A stretch of DNA of 64,000 bases from Eledone cirrhosa (taxonomy: Eukaryota): assembly GCA_964016885.1 (NCBI GenBank), contig OZ024742.1:133548001-133612000 (forward strand), written 5' to 3'. Below are positions 25,405 to 38,118 of the stretch, piece by piece. The first letter of the stretch is position 1. The number at the start of each line of letters is the position of its first letter. The translations under genes were made by a program, and so were the position numbers. Under the pieces are notes generated by a model. The model ran no database searches, was not told where the DNA came from, and saw only the letters and a program-made list of their open reading frames with translations.

Positions 25405-26958
25405 GGGGGGGGGGGTCCGTTTTCTATTTGGGTGTCCGTTTTTTATGGGGGTGGGGGTCCATGTTTTATTTTGATGCCCCGACTTTTATTTAGGTGCCCC
25501 GTTTTTTTTATTTGGGTGCCCCGTCGTTTTATTTGGGTTGCCGCTTTTTATTTGGGTGCCCCGTTCTTTACGGGTGCCCGTTTTTTATGGGAGTGGGTCC
25601 TTTTTATAGTGGTGTGGGTGCGAGGTGGGGCCGTTTTTTTATTCGGGTGCCCGTTTTTTATTGGGGGCGACTGTTTTTTATTTGGGTGCCCCGTTTTTTA
25701 TTTGGCTGCCCCGTTTTTTATTTGGGTGCCACGTTTTTTTATTTGGGTGCCCCGTTTTTTATTTTGTTGCCCGTTTTTTATGGGGGGGGGGGCCGTTTTT
25801 TATTTTGGTGCCCCGTTTTTTATTTGGATGCCCCGTATTTTATTTGGGTTCCCGCTTTCGAGGGGGGGGGGTACATTTTTTTTGCGGTGCCCTTTTTCTA
25901 TGGGTGATCCTTTTTTATGGGGGGGGTCGTTTTTTATTTGGGTGCCCCGTTTTTTATTTGGGTGCCAGTTTTTTTATTGGGGGTCCGTTTTTTTATTTGG
26001 ATGCCCGTTTTTTTATCTGGGTGCTCGGTTTTTTTATTTGGGTGCCCGTTTTTATTTGGGTGCCCCGTTTTTTATTTGGGTGCCCGTATTTTATGGGGGG
26101 GGGGCGTTTTTTTGGGGGGGGGCTTCTTTTATTTGGGAGCCTCATTTTTTATTTGGGTGCCCGTTTTTTATTGGGGTGCCCTGTTTTTTGTTCATGGATG
26201 GGGTCGTTTTTTATTTGGGTGCCCGGCTTTTTTATTTGGGTGCCCTGTTTTTTATTTGGGTGCCCGTTTTTTATGGCGGGGTGTCCGTTCTTTATTTGGG
26301 TGCCCGTTTTTTATGGGGGGGGCTCCGTTTTTTATCTGGGTGCCCGTTTTCTATTTAGGTGCCTGTTTTGTATTTGGGTGTCCGTTTTTTATGGGCGGGG
26401 GTCCGTTTTTTATTTGGGTGCCTGTTTTTTATTGGGGGTCCCGAATAAAAAATGGATCTCTCCATAAAAAAATGGGCAAACAAAAAAAAAGCACCCCTCC
26501 ATAAAAAATGGGGCACGCAAATAAGAAACGGTGCACCCAAATCAAAAACGGGGCTCCCAAATAAAAAACCCAGCACCCAAATAAAAAACGGTGCACCCAA
26601 ATACAAAACGGACCCCCCATAAAAAACTGGCACCCAAATAGAAAACGGACCCCCAATAAAACACGGACACCCAAATAAAAAACGGGCCACCCAAACAAAA
26701 AACGGGGCACCCAAATAAAAAACAGGGCAACCGAATATAAAACGAGGCACACATATAAAAAACGGGGCACCCAAATAAAAAACGGGGCACCCAAATAAAA
26801 AACGGGGCACCCAAAATATGGGCACCCAAATAAAAAACGGACCCCCCCCATAAAAAACGGGCACACAAATAAAAAACGGGGCACCCAAATAAAAAACGGA
26901 CCGCCCCCATAAAAACGGGCACCCAAATAAAAATCGGCGCACCCAAATAAAAAAACGG

Positions 26959-27208
26959 TCTGAATTCAAAACCGAAATTAAGGCTCAATGAATAGTTAAG
27001 TACACCGGACGTCCAAGACGTCAACGCTCTCTGCTGACTCTCAAATCATGACATCAACACAACCTGATGATTTGATTAATTTCATGTTCAAAGTCTAGTA
27101 TACGCTACGCTTCATATTGTGATCGAAAACATTACGCTGTTATAGGGTTCTGTGCTACAGTGGAAGCCTTAAAAATAAGAATGAATTCTGTCTTCAATGT
27201 TTACATAT
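26959..27208. repeat. Spacer copy 7
   Basis: Same termini; nearly identical to copy 6. Confidence 0.95.
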
Positions 27209-29528
27209 GGGGGGGGGGTCCGTTTTCTATTTGGGTGTCCGTTTTTTATGGGGGTGGGGGTCCATGTTTTATTTGGGTGCGCCGTTTTTTATTTAGGTGC
27301 CCCGTTTTTTTTATTTGGGTGCCCCGTCGTTTTATTTGGGTGGCCGCTTCTTATTTGGGTGCCCCGTTCTTTACGGGTGCACGTTTTTTATGGGAGTGGG
27401 TCCTTTTTATAGTGGTGTGGGTGCGAGGTGGGGCCGTTTTTTTATTCGGTTGCCCGTTTTTTATTGGGGGCGACTGTTTTTTATTTGGGTGCCCCGTTTT
27501 TTATTTGGCTGCCCCGTTTTTTATTTGGGTGCCCCGTTTTTTTATTTGGGTGCCCCGTTTTTTATTTTGTTGCCCGTTTTTTATGGGGGGGGGCCGTTTT
27601 TTATTTTGGTGCCCCGTTTTTTATTTGGATGCCCCGTATTTTATTTGGGTTCCCGCTTTCGAGGGGGGGGGGGGGTACATTTTTTTCGCGGTGCCCTTTT
27701 TCTATGGGTGGTCCTTTTTTATGGGGGGGTCGTTTTTTATTTGGGTGCCCCGTTTTTTATTTGGGTGCCAGTTTTTTATTTAGGGGTCCGTTTTTTTATT
27801 TGGATGCCCGTTTTTTTATCTGGGTGCTCCGTTTTTTTTATTTGGGTGCCCGTTTTTATTTGGGTGCCCCGTTTTTTATTTGGGTGCCCGTATTTTATGG
27901 GGGGCGGCCATTTTTTATTTGGGTTACCCGTTTTTTATTTGGGTACCCCGTTTTGGGGGTGTGCCCGTTTTCTATGGGGGGGGTCGCTTTTTATTTGGGT
28001 GCCCGTTTTCTATGGAGGGTACATTTTTGGGGGGTGCCCGTATTTTATGGAGGGGGGGGTTATGTGGGGCGTCTTTTATTTGGGAGCCTCATTTTTTATT
28101 TGGGTGCCCGTTTTTTATTGGGGTGCCCTGTTTTTTGTTCATGGATGGGGTCGTTTTTTATTTGGGTGCCCGGCTTTTTTATTTGGGTGCCCTGTTTTTT
28201 ATTTGGGTGCCCGTTTTTTATGGCGGGGTGTCCGTTCTTTATTTGGGTGCCCGTTTTTTATGGGGGGGGCTCCGTTTTCTATCTGGGTGCCTGTTTTCTA
28301 TTTAGGTGCCTGTTTTGTATTTGGGTGTCCGTTTTTTATGGGCGGGGTCCGTTTTTTATTTGGGTGCCTGTTTTTTATTGGGGGTCCCGAATAAAAAATG
28401 GATCTCTCCATAAAAAAATGGGCAAACAAAAAAAAAGCACCCCTCCATAAAAAACCCAGCACCCAAATAAAAAACGGTGCACCCAAATACAAATCGGACC
28501 CCCCATAAAAAACTGGCACCCAAATAGAAAACGGACCCCCAATAAAACACGGACACCCAAATAAAAAACGGGGCACCTAAATAAAAAACGGGGCACCCAA
28601 ATAAAAATGGGGCACCCAAATATAAAACGAGGCACCCATATAAAAAACGAGGCACACAAATAAAAAACAGACCCCCATAAAAAACGGGCACCCAAATAAA
28701 AAACGGGGCACCCAAATAAAAAACGGACTCCCCATAAAAAACGGGCACCCAAATAAAAAACGGGGCACCCAAATAAAAAACGGAACGCCCCCCCGTCCGT
28801 TTTTTAGGGGGGATGCTGGTCCGTTTTTTATTTCGGTGCCATTTTTTTAGGAGCCCACTTGAATATATATCTATTGATGGTATACAAGCTCCTACATAAA
28901 TTGGTATAATTTCACCCAAATTGTAGGAATCCTATAATAAAACGAGACGTCCGTCTGCGAAGAGATATATTCGATATGTCTCATATGAAATAATACAGCC
29001 AATTTTCCACGCAATACTTTTAGTTAGCACCCGAACGCATAATTAGGAATATAATCACTTATTTCCTAATGTTTGTTGAGTGAGTTCGAATTTGGCCGGA
29101 GTATCGCTAAAAAGCTTTCTCCGATATTGTATTTATTTATTTACTCTTGGTGCAACAGATTTGAAATTCCCGGTATAAGGTTAGGCTTTCTTTGTTTATT
29201 TTTTATATATAAATACTGATTGTTCCTTATATCTCATTATGTTATTTTGCCCGAGAAAATATGTGTGTGTGTCATCAAATGTTGTACACATAGATATTTT
29301 TTCAATTTCCAATTGAGTTCTAGCACGTGGCCTGAATTCCTTTTAGAGTTCATTGTCATGCGCATGTATTGTTTTTTTGGCGGTAATTTATTTCCTCATT
29401 TTTGAATCAGTTTGAGCATTTCTTTAGAAGTGTTGGACTAGCAACCTGACAGATACTTCAGGCACTGATGATGATTATCGCTAAATACTGATGTTGGTTA
29501 GATTATCAATATTAGTATTATTGGGGCA

Positions 29529-29655
29529 CCCACTGATGAATTATAGGAGCCCACTTGAATATATATCTATTGATGGTACACAAGCTCCTACATAAATTGG
29601 TATAATTTCACCCAAATTGTAGGAATCCTATAATAAAACGAGACGTCCGTCTGCG
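29529..29655 (+). ncRNA. Mutated copy of the same hammerhead (G12A, stem I mismatch)
   Basis: ccca-CTGATGA-attatagga...tcctataat-AAAA-cgagacgtccg-TC-tgcg. Confidence 0.6.
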
Positions 29656-30226
29656 AAGAGATATATTCGATATGTCTCATATGAAATAATACAGCCAATT
29701 TTCCACGCAATACTTTTAGTTAGCACCCGAACGCATAATTAGGAATATAATCACTTATTTCCTAATGTTTGTTGAGTGAGTTCGAATTTGGCCGGAGTAT
29801 CGCTAAAAAGCTTTCTCCGATATTGTATTTATTTATTTACTCTTGGTGCAACAGATTTGAAATTCCCGGTATAAGGTTAGGCTTTCTTTGTTTATTTTTT
29901 TATATATAAATATTGATTGTTCCTTATATCTCATTATGTTATTTTGCCCGAGAAAATATGTGTGTGTGTCATCAAATGTTGTACACATAGATATTTTTTC
30001 AATTTCCAATTGAGTTCTAGCACGTGGCCTGAATTCCTTTTAGAGTTCATTGTCATGCGCATGTATTGTTTTTTTTGGCGGTAATTTACTTCCTCATTTT
30101 TGAATCAGTTTGAGCATTTCTTTAGAAGTGTTGGACTAGCAACCTGACAGATACTTCAGGCACTGATGATGATTATCGCTAAATACTGATGTTGGTTAGA
30201 TTATCAATATTAGTATTATTGGGGCA

Positions 30227-30353
30227 CCCACTGATGAATTATAGGAGCCCACTTGAATATATGTCTATTGATGGTACACAAGCTCCTACATAAATTGGTA
30301 TAATTTCACCCAAATTGTAGGAATTCTATAATGAAACGAGACGTCCGTCTGGG
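30227..30353 (+). ncRNA. Type I hammerhead ribozyme motif, intact core, long branched stem II
   Basis: ccca-CTGATGA-attatagga...ttctataat-GAAA-cgagacgtccg-TC-tggg. Stem I ccca/tggg, 9-bp stem II base, near-palindromic stem III, GUC site. Confidence 0.8.
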
Positions 30354-30543
30354 AAGAGATATATTCGATATGTCTCATATGAAATAATACAGCCAATTTT
30401 CCCCGCAATACTTTTAGTTAGCACACCGAACGCATTATTAGGAATATAATCACTTATTTCCTAATGTTTGTTGAGTGAGTTGGAATTTTGCCGGAGTATC
30501 GCTAAAAAGCTTTCTCCGATATTGTATTTATTTATTATTTATT

Positions 30544-30592
<49 letters not shown>

Positions 30593-32933
30593 CCGTTTTT
30601 TATTTGGGTGCCTAGAATACTCCCACAATAAATATAATAACATATAGAAGGAAATATGCTTCCTCCGGAGTAGCAATCTGCATTAGTATTCTCTTGCATC
30701 TATTAATACAGGAATATCATTACAAAACAATATTGCAGCCACAGCACATATAAAAACCCTTAAGAAACATATGGAAATTAGAATCGATATAAGATGGGAG
30801 AAAACAAAAACAACAACAAAGACCATAACCAACTAACCGGAAAGGATAAATGAATAGATGGTACAGAAACACTAATTATACAATAACCAAAAATAATGCA
30901 ACAGATCATTGGTAAATCAGGAAGAATCAATCATTATGAAAACCGGCATCGGTTCTAGAGCAAGTAAAAGGTATGGCTTAATAGAAATCAATGCAACGTA
31001 AAGAAAACATGCACTAGAAGAACTTCTGTGGAATGATAAGAACATCGATGTGTTCGCCAGACATGAATGTTCAAACCAAGTACAATATTTGAACTATCAT
31101 AATAGGTCATATCATATGAAGCTGCAGATCAAACGGTACAAACAATGATAAATTGGTACACAAAAATAAGTTAGAAAACTTAATCTTATTTAACATGCAC
31201 ACATAAATAGCTGCCAAAATATTTCATTACATATTGGGAGAGCCAAATATAGCAATTTTAAAGCTCTTTGCTGGAAAAAAAATATCGTAATAACTGGTCA
31301 TATAGAATAACCTAAAAGCCCACCAAAATTACCTATCGATTACACAGTCTTACGTATGATAGAGAAGATAAAGGATAATTACCAAAAGAAAAAGAAATCA
31401 TTTATATTTTTAGCGTAATAGATTCTGGAATCGCTTTTATTTAAATATTCCGTTCACTATTACATAAAATTCATGTTATATATCTAGTTTTCGCCCATTC
31501 ATTTTTCATTGAAATGTATTCATACACATACAGAACAACACATAGAAAACCTTAGCTCAATCATCAAAAATATATTATTGGTTTATATGAATTCATTAAT
31601 TAGACCTGCAATAAATAGTACTAGAGCTATGTGAAATGATGTGTGGTGATCCATCAGGAATGGAATGCATGAACTTAAGTGTGCCGAACACCCTAACCCT
31701 CGCGCCCGCAGGTTTTATTGCATACACATTTGTAAACCTGTATCGAAGCGTGTCTATCGGATATTTGTGTATTACATAGCACTTGCAAGTGTTGTGGGTC
31801 TTAAAATACAACGAATATTTTGCACTTAAATTAAGGTATCATTTAATGGTGTGTATGTGTTTTGCATATAACATTTCCGTGAAAGGTGCATCATTATTGT
31901 GACATGCTGAACAACACTGGAAGCAGTTCTTATCAAAGTAAGTTGTACAGAGTTTTACTTCTAAAACATCAAAATAATCATTAGTTGTCATCATCTAATA
32001 ACAAAGGTCAACTTTATAAAATTATGTAGATTGTTATTATATTAGCTGTCTAAGCAATATACAATTTAATCAATATAACAATTGGTGGATTAGTAGAATG
32101 AGTGGAGTTTCGGAGAAATTTTTAGGCGATAATTAATGAAATGTTTTCTCATATTTTATGGTCAATAAGTCTTAGAGCCATTCAAGTACTTGACATGACA
32201 TTGGTGGAAACCCTTCCAGGATGACCTCCACCATTTCATGTTTGGTTTTGGTCATGTCAAGGATGAAGCTATACTCGCAACGCTTGGCCAATTGCGTGTG
32301 AGGTTATTAAACCTATAGTTGCGGTGGAGAGCCGTTGCCTCTTTTGTATAGATTTAGTATCATCCGAAATAACACAAAGAAAAATAGATCCTTTATATTG
32401 TTTTATATCCGGTGGAACTTAGAACCTCGATGTATATTTGAAAAACTAGAGAACTATTACTATGAATATTTACAAAATTATTAGAGATAAACTTTATTTC
32501 ACTGTAGCTGATTGTGATAATATTAACCTCTTAGTTTTGTTACTATGACATATAGATCTATATATTACATTTTTGTTTTTGATTTTCCTTTAATCTCCTT
32601 TTAGCATCGTACGTTTTATTGTTCTAATGCCGTTGTTTTTTATATCTCGCTGTCTTAATTGATGTTGGGGATATATACGTTTGTTATGTTGCTGTAGCCT
32701 TTACTTGATATCGAGTTTATGTAGTTATTTTTGTTTTTATCATAATACAGCAATATATCGGCGGCTACAAATACGTTCAAATAAATCTGCTCAAACCATC
32801 TGCGCAAAAAAGGAGCGACAATGAGAAGTAACAATAAATAAAAAAAATGGAATATCAATACACAATATATTTTGAAAAGGAAAATACTATATATATATAT
32901 AAATATATATATATAGATGCATACATTAATACA

Positions 32934-33001
<68 letters not shown>

Positions 33002-33719
33002 CATACAGATACATACGTACAAACGTGTGCTTAATGACAAAATCAGAGAAATAATTTAATACAAAACACAAATACCGAAAGAAGCCAGCACTATCTCTCA
33101 ATACTATAGATGAATAACACTACAAACTAAGTCCAGTAGGTCTGCCAAATATGCCATATAATTTCTGCCCAGTCCAATTCATTTACCCATTTCATGATGC
33201 CAGCGTGAGATAAGGAAGCTATGATGTTACTGCTGTAGCTTACGATCGAATGAATGATAATTCCTCTGTGTGTCCAGTAAATGGCAAATTAGGCACGGCT
33301 GTTCTGTGATATATATATACACACAAACAAGCATGTATACATACATGCTTATATACATACACCCCCCGCACCCCCCACACACACATACAACCTCCCGGAC
33401 AAAACATACATACACACACATATGTATATATATATACAGAGAGCGATACGATACATATATACAGAATTATGGAATCATGTGTGTTAATATCTGTGTAGAT
33501 AAGTTTGTATATGTATAGGATTGGTGCATCTCTAAGCATATAGACATATCTATATCCATGTATGTTTTTAATTCGTTGTCTTCGTGAATCATGCATGCAC
33601 GAAATTATATATAGTTAAATATATTGCTTTGCATACATTTGCTATACGCTCATAAAACACATACATACACATACATACATACATACATACATACATACAT
33701 ACATACATACATACATACA

Positions 33720-33752
<33 letters not shown>

Positions 33753-33841
33753 CTATATGTATGTGTGTATGTATGTATATATGTGTGTATGTATGTATGT
33801 ATGCATGTATGTATGTATGTATATATATGTATGTGTGTATG

Positions 33842-33877
<36 letters not shown>

Positions 33878-34003
33878 TATATATATATGTATATATATAT
33901 ATGTATGTATATATATATATGTATGTATATATATATATGTATGTATATATATATATGTATGTATATATATATATATGTATGTATATATATATATATATGT
34001 ATG

Positions 34004-34052
<49 letters not shown>

Positions 34053-34199
34053 TTATGTATATATATATATATGTATGTATATATATATATGTATGTATAT
34101 GTATGTATATATATGTATGTATGTATATATATGTATGTATGTATATATATGTATGTGTGTATATATATATATGTATGTATGTATATATATGTATGTATG

Positions 34200-34232
<33 letters not shown>

Positions 34233-34295
34233 GTATGTATATATATGTATGTATGTATATATATATGTATGTATGTATATATATATATATGTATG

Positions 34296-34332
<37 letters not shown>

Positions 34333-34354
34333 GTATGTATATATATATTTTCAG

Positions 34355-34960
34355 GTCAGGTCACCAGTTGGTGCTACTGGTAACATGTATCCCAGTACAA
34401 CGTGTCTCGTGGTCGGGTCGTTGGCGACTAAACTGGCAACCCCACCAAGGTTTCTTGGTGAGGAGGGTGACTTTGGACATCCTGCAGGACTAAAAACAAA
34501 ACCTGTCAAAGGGAAAAGGAGCTCTTAAGAGTTAATGGCCATCCAAATTCACCGGGAGAGATGACCCCTTAGCCTTTGTCAAGGCAGAATTCTAGGAGAA
34601 GGAAAACTCTGATATAACACCTGCAACCCTGATGGTATCCAATGATGTTGACTTGTCCTTCTTTTTGGTAAATATCATCTTGGTTAAGAGAGTGGGACTG
34701 GCTTTGTGCAGTGCCTTTGCTCACTATAAAAGCTTCACGGCACAGGCATTGCTTTATATCTGGAGATCTCTCTGCACTTGTCATCACATGGTACGATGGG
34801 CCCAGCATTATATGTCAATAATTGTCAAAAGTGTAGTGTTTGTACCAGACTTTTCAAGTCGCTAGCTGCCTAAAAAGTCACACTTGTTCAGCGCATCGGT
34901 AGAGGTTCTCCTACATGGGTATAAAGTAGTGGCCGTACTCGAAAACGAGTTGGCAGCCTC
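34355..34960 (+). mobile_element. Non-autonomous RTE-clade LINE derivative (5' UTR joined to 3' end), copy 1
   Basis: ~610 bp. Contains TCTAGGAGAAGGAAAACTCTGAT, which I recognise as RTE 5'-UTR-like, a terminal C2H2-finger remnant and a (TATG)n tail. Confidence 0.72.
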
Positions 34961-35023
34961 TATGTATGTATGTATGTATGTATGTATGTATGTATGTATG
35001 TATGTATGTATGTATGTATGTAT

Positions 35024-35408
35024 GTTAAGGCAGAATTCTAGGAGAAGGAAAACTATGATATAACACCTGTAACTCTGATGGTATCCAATGATGTTGACTT
35101 GTTCTTCTTTTTGGTAAATATCATCTCGGTTAAGAGAGTGGGACTGGCTTTGTGCAGTGCCTTTGTTACTATAAAAACTTCACAGCACAGGCATTGCTTT
35201 ATCTCTGGAGATCTCTCTGCACTTGTCGTCACATGGTATCATGGGCCCAGCACTATGTGTCAATAATTGTCACAGGTGTAGTGTTTGTACCAGAGTTTAC
35301 AAGTCGCTGGCTGGACTAAAATGTCACACTCGTTCAGCGCATCGGTAGGAGTTCTCCTACATGGATATAAAGTAGTGGCCGTACTCGAAAACGAGTTGGC
35401 AGCCACCA
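35024..35408 (+). mobile_element. RTE derivative copy 2 (5'-truncated)
   Basis: Collinear with the 3' ~385 bp of copy 1. Confidence 0.72.
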
Positions 35409-35524
35409 TATGTATATGTATATATATTTATATATGTATGTATGTATGTATATATATATATGTATGTATATATGTATGTATATATGTATGTATATATATA
35501 TGTATGTATATATATATGTATGTG

Positions 35525-35562
<38 letters not shown>

Positions 35563-36100
35563 TATGTATTTATATATATATGTATGTATATATATATGTA
35601 TATATATATATGTATGTATATATATATATATGTATATATATGTATGTATATATATATGTATGTATATACATATATGTATGTATATATATATGTATGTATA
35701 TATATGTATATATATATATGTATGTATATACATATATGTATGTATATATATATATGTATGTATATATATATATGTATGTATATATATATGTATGTATATA
35801 TATATATATATGTATGTATATACAAATATGTATGTATATATATGTATGTATGTATATATATATGTATGTATGTATATGTATGTATGTATGTATATGTATG
35901 TATGTATGTATATATATGTATGTATGTATATATATGTATGTATGTATATATATGTATGTATGTATATATATATGTATGAATATATATATATGTATGAATA
36001 TATATATATGTATGTATATATATATGTATGAATATATATATATATGTATGTATATATATATGTATGTATATATATATATATGTATATATGTATATATATG

Positions 36101-36131
<31 letters not shown>

Positions 36132-36331
36132 GTAAGTATGTGTATATATATGTTTGTGTATATATATGTATGTATGTATGTATATATATATATGTATGTA
36201 TGAATATATATATATGTATGTATGAATATATATATATGTATGTATGTATGTATATATATATATGTATGTATGTATATATATATGTATGTATGTATATATA
36301 TATGTATGTATATATATATATGTATGTATAT

Positions 36332-36365
<34 letters not shown>

Positions 36366-36438
36366 GTATATATATATGTATGTATATATATATATATGTA
36401 TGCATGTATATATATATGTATGTATATATATATGTATG

Positions 36439-36523
<85 letters not shown>

Positions 36524-36545
36524 ATATATATGTATGTATGTATAT

Positions 36546-37154
36546 GTCAGTTCACCAGTTGGTGCTACTGGTAACATGTATCCCAGTACTACCTGTCTCA
36601 TGGTCGGGTCGTTGGCGACTAAACTGGCAACCCGACCAAGGTTTCATGGTGAGGAGGGTGACTTTGGACATCCTGCAGGACTAAAAAAAAAACCTGTCAA
36701 AGGCCAAAGGAGCTCGTAAGAGTCAATGGCCATCCAAAATCACCGGGAGAGATGACCCCTTAGCCTTTGTTAAGGCATAATTCTAGGAGAAGGAAAACTC
36801 TGATATAACACCTGCAACCCCGATGGTATCCAATGATGTTGACTTGTTCTTCTTTTTGGTAAATATCATCTTGGTTAAGAGAGTGGGACTGGTTTTGTGC
36901 AGTGCCTTTGCTCACTATAAAAGCTTCACGGCACAGGCATTGCTTTATATCTGGAGATCTGTCTGCACTTGTCGTCACATGGTACCATGGGCCCAGCACT
37001 ATGTGTCAATAATTGTCACAGCTGTAGTGTTTGTACCAGAGTTTTCAAGTCGCAGGCTGGACTAAAAAGTCACACTCGTTCAGCGCATTGGATCGGAGTT
37101 CTCCTACATGGATATAAAGTAGTGCCGTACTCGAAAACGAGTTGGCAGCCACCA
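36546..37154 (+). mobile_element. RTE derivative copy 3
   Basis: Collinear with copy 1; encodes [22 protein letters not shown] (C2H2 finger typical of the RTE ORF C-terminus) at ~37023-37088. Confidence 0.75.
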
Positions 37155-37214
37155 TGTATATATACATATATGTATGTATATATATATGTATGTATATATA
37201 TATGTATGTATGAA

Positions 37215-37250
<36 letters not shown>

Positions 37251-37310
37251 TGTATGTATGTATGTATGTTTGTATATATGTATGTATGTATATATATGTA
37301 TGTATGTATA

Positions 37311-37343
<33 letters not shown>

Positions 37344-37616
37344 ATATATATATGTATGTATGTATATATATATATGTATGTATGTATATATATATATGTA
37401 TGTATATATATATACATATGTATGTATATATACATACATACATATATATATACATACATACATACATACATATATATATATGTATGTTTATATATATATA
37501 TATATGTATGTTTATATATATATATATATGTATGTTTATATATATATATATATGTATGTATATATATATATATATGTATGTATATATATATGTATGTATA
37601 TATATATATATGTATG

Positions 37617-37649
<33 letters not shown>

Positions 37650-37667
37650 ATATATATATAAATAATA

Positions 37668-37950
37668 TATAAGTTCAAATGATGGTTAAAAGAGTTCCAT
37701 GTGTTTTATTATGCGCATTTCAAAAACAAATATCCTCATGCAATAACATTTGTGTTTTCGTCAGATAAAATAGAAAGACATGATATGAAGGTTAAAATAC
37801 ACTTGGGAATAGTGCAGTTTTAAATAGTGCAGTTTTAAATCAACATAACTGCACTATTCACAAGTGTATGTTATTGAATGATGATATTTGTTTTTGAAAT
37901 GTGCATGATAAAATAACATGGAACTCTTTTAACCATCTTTTGATCTTATA
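37668..37950. repeat. Imperfect palindrome (foldback or MITE-like)
   Basis: TATAAGTTCAAATGATGGTTAAAAGAGTTCCATG... is the reverse complement of ...CATGGAACTCTTTTAACCATCTTTTGATCTTATA; an inner ACACTTG.GAATAGTGCAGTT arm also pairs. Confidence 0.8.
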
Positions 37951-38039
37951 TATTATTTATACTCCAGTCCTATAAACTGTAGAGTGCTTCTTATCCGATA
38001 TCTGCATTGCTTTATTGTACTAAAATAAAACTCACCTTC

Positions 38040-38117
<78 letters not shown>

Positions 38118-38118
38118 C

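Larger units (their letters stand above)
14897..28847. repeat. Higher-order array of foldback minisatellite palindromes separated by ~250-bp spacers
   Basis: T-to-A strand switches at ~14897, 18336, 19917, 21303, 22582, 24653, 26438 and 28385. Each A-rich arm except the last ends AAATAAAAAAC(G/T)G at a spacer, and a T-rich arm restarts after TTTACATAT. Confidence 0.93.
28848..30535 (+). repeat. ~697-bp tandem repeat, ~2.4 copies, carrying a hammerhead motif (retrozyme-like or PLE-LTR-like)
   Basis: TAGGAGCCCACTTGAAT starts at 28848, 29544 and 30242; the third copy is truncated by (TA)n. Confidence 0.92.

Noticed and set aside
14897-28847. CRISPR-like repeat and spacer appearance
   Set aside because: The spacers are near-identical and the repeats are variable inverted arrays; the context is eukaryotic and no cas genes are present.
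1-28847. Telomeric repeat or strong G-quadruplex array
   Set aside because: No TTAGGG-type unit; G tracts are ~17 nt apart and followed by competing CCC.
1-28919. Long Phe/Gly/Pro-rich ORFs, up to 435 aa
   Set aside because: They are translations of the 20-bp unit, which lacks stops on the T-rich strand; all three frames are open and they flip strand with the arms.
30940-31200. Degenerate LINE APE endonuclease start (LEELLWNDKNIDVF)
   Set aside because: Similarity too faint to support.
34355-34445. HDV-like ribozyme at the RTE derivative 5' end
   Set aside because: A P2-like CCAGT/ACTGG pair and CTAA are present, but I could not build P1 or P1.1; needs a descriptor search.
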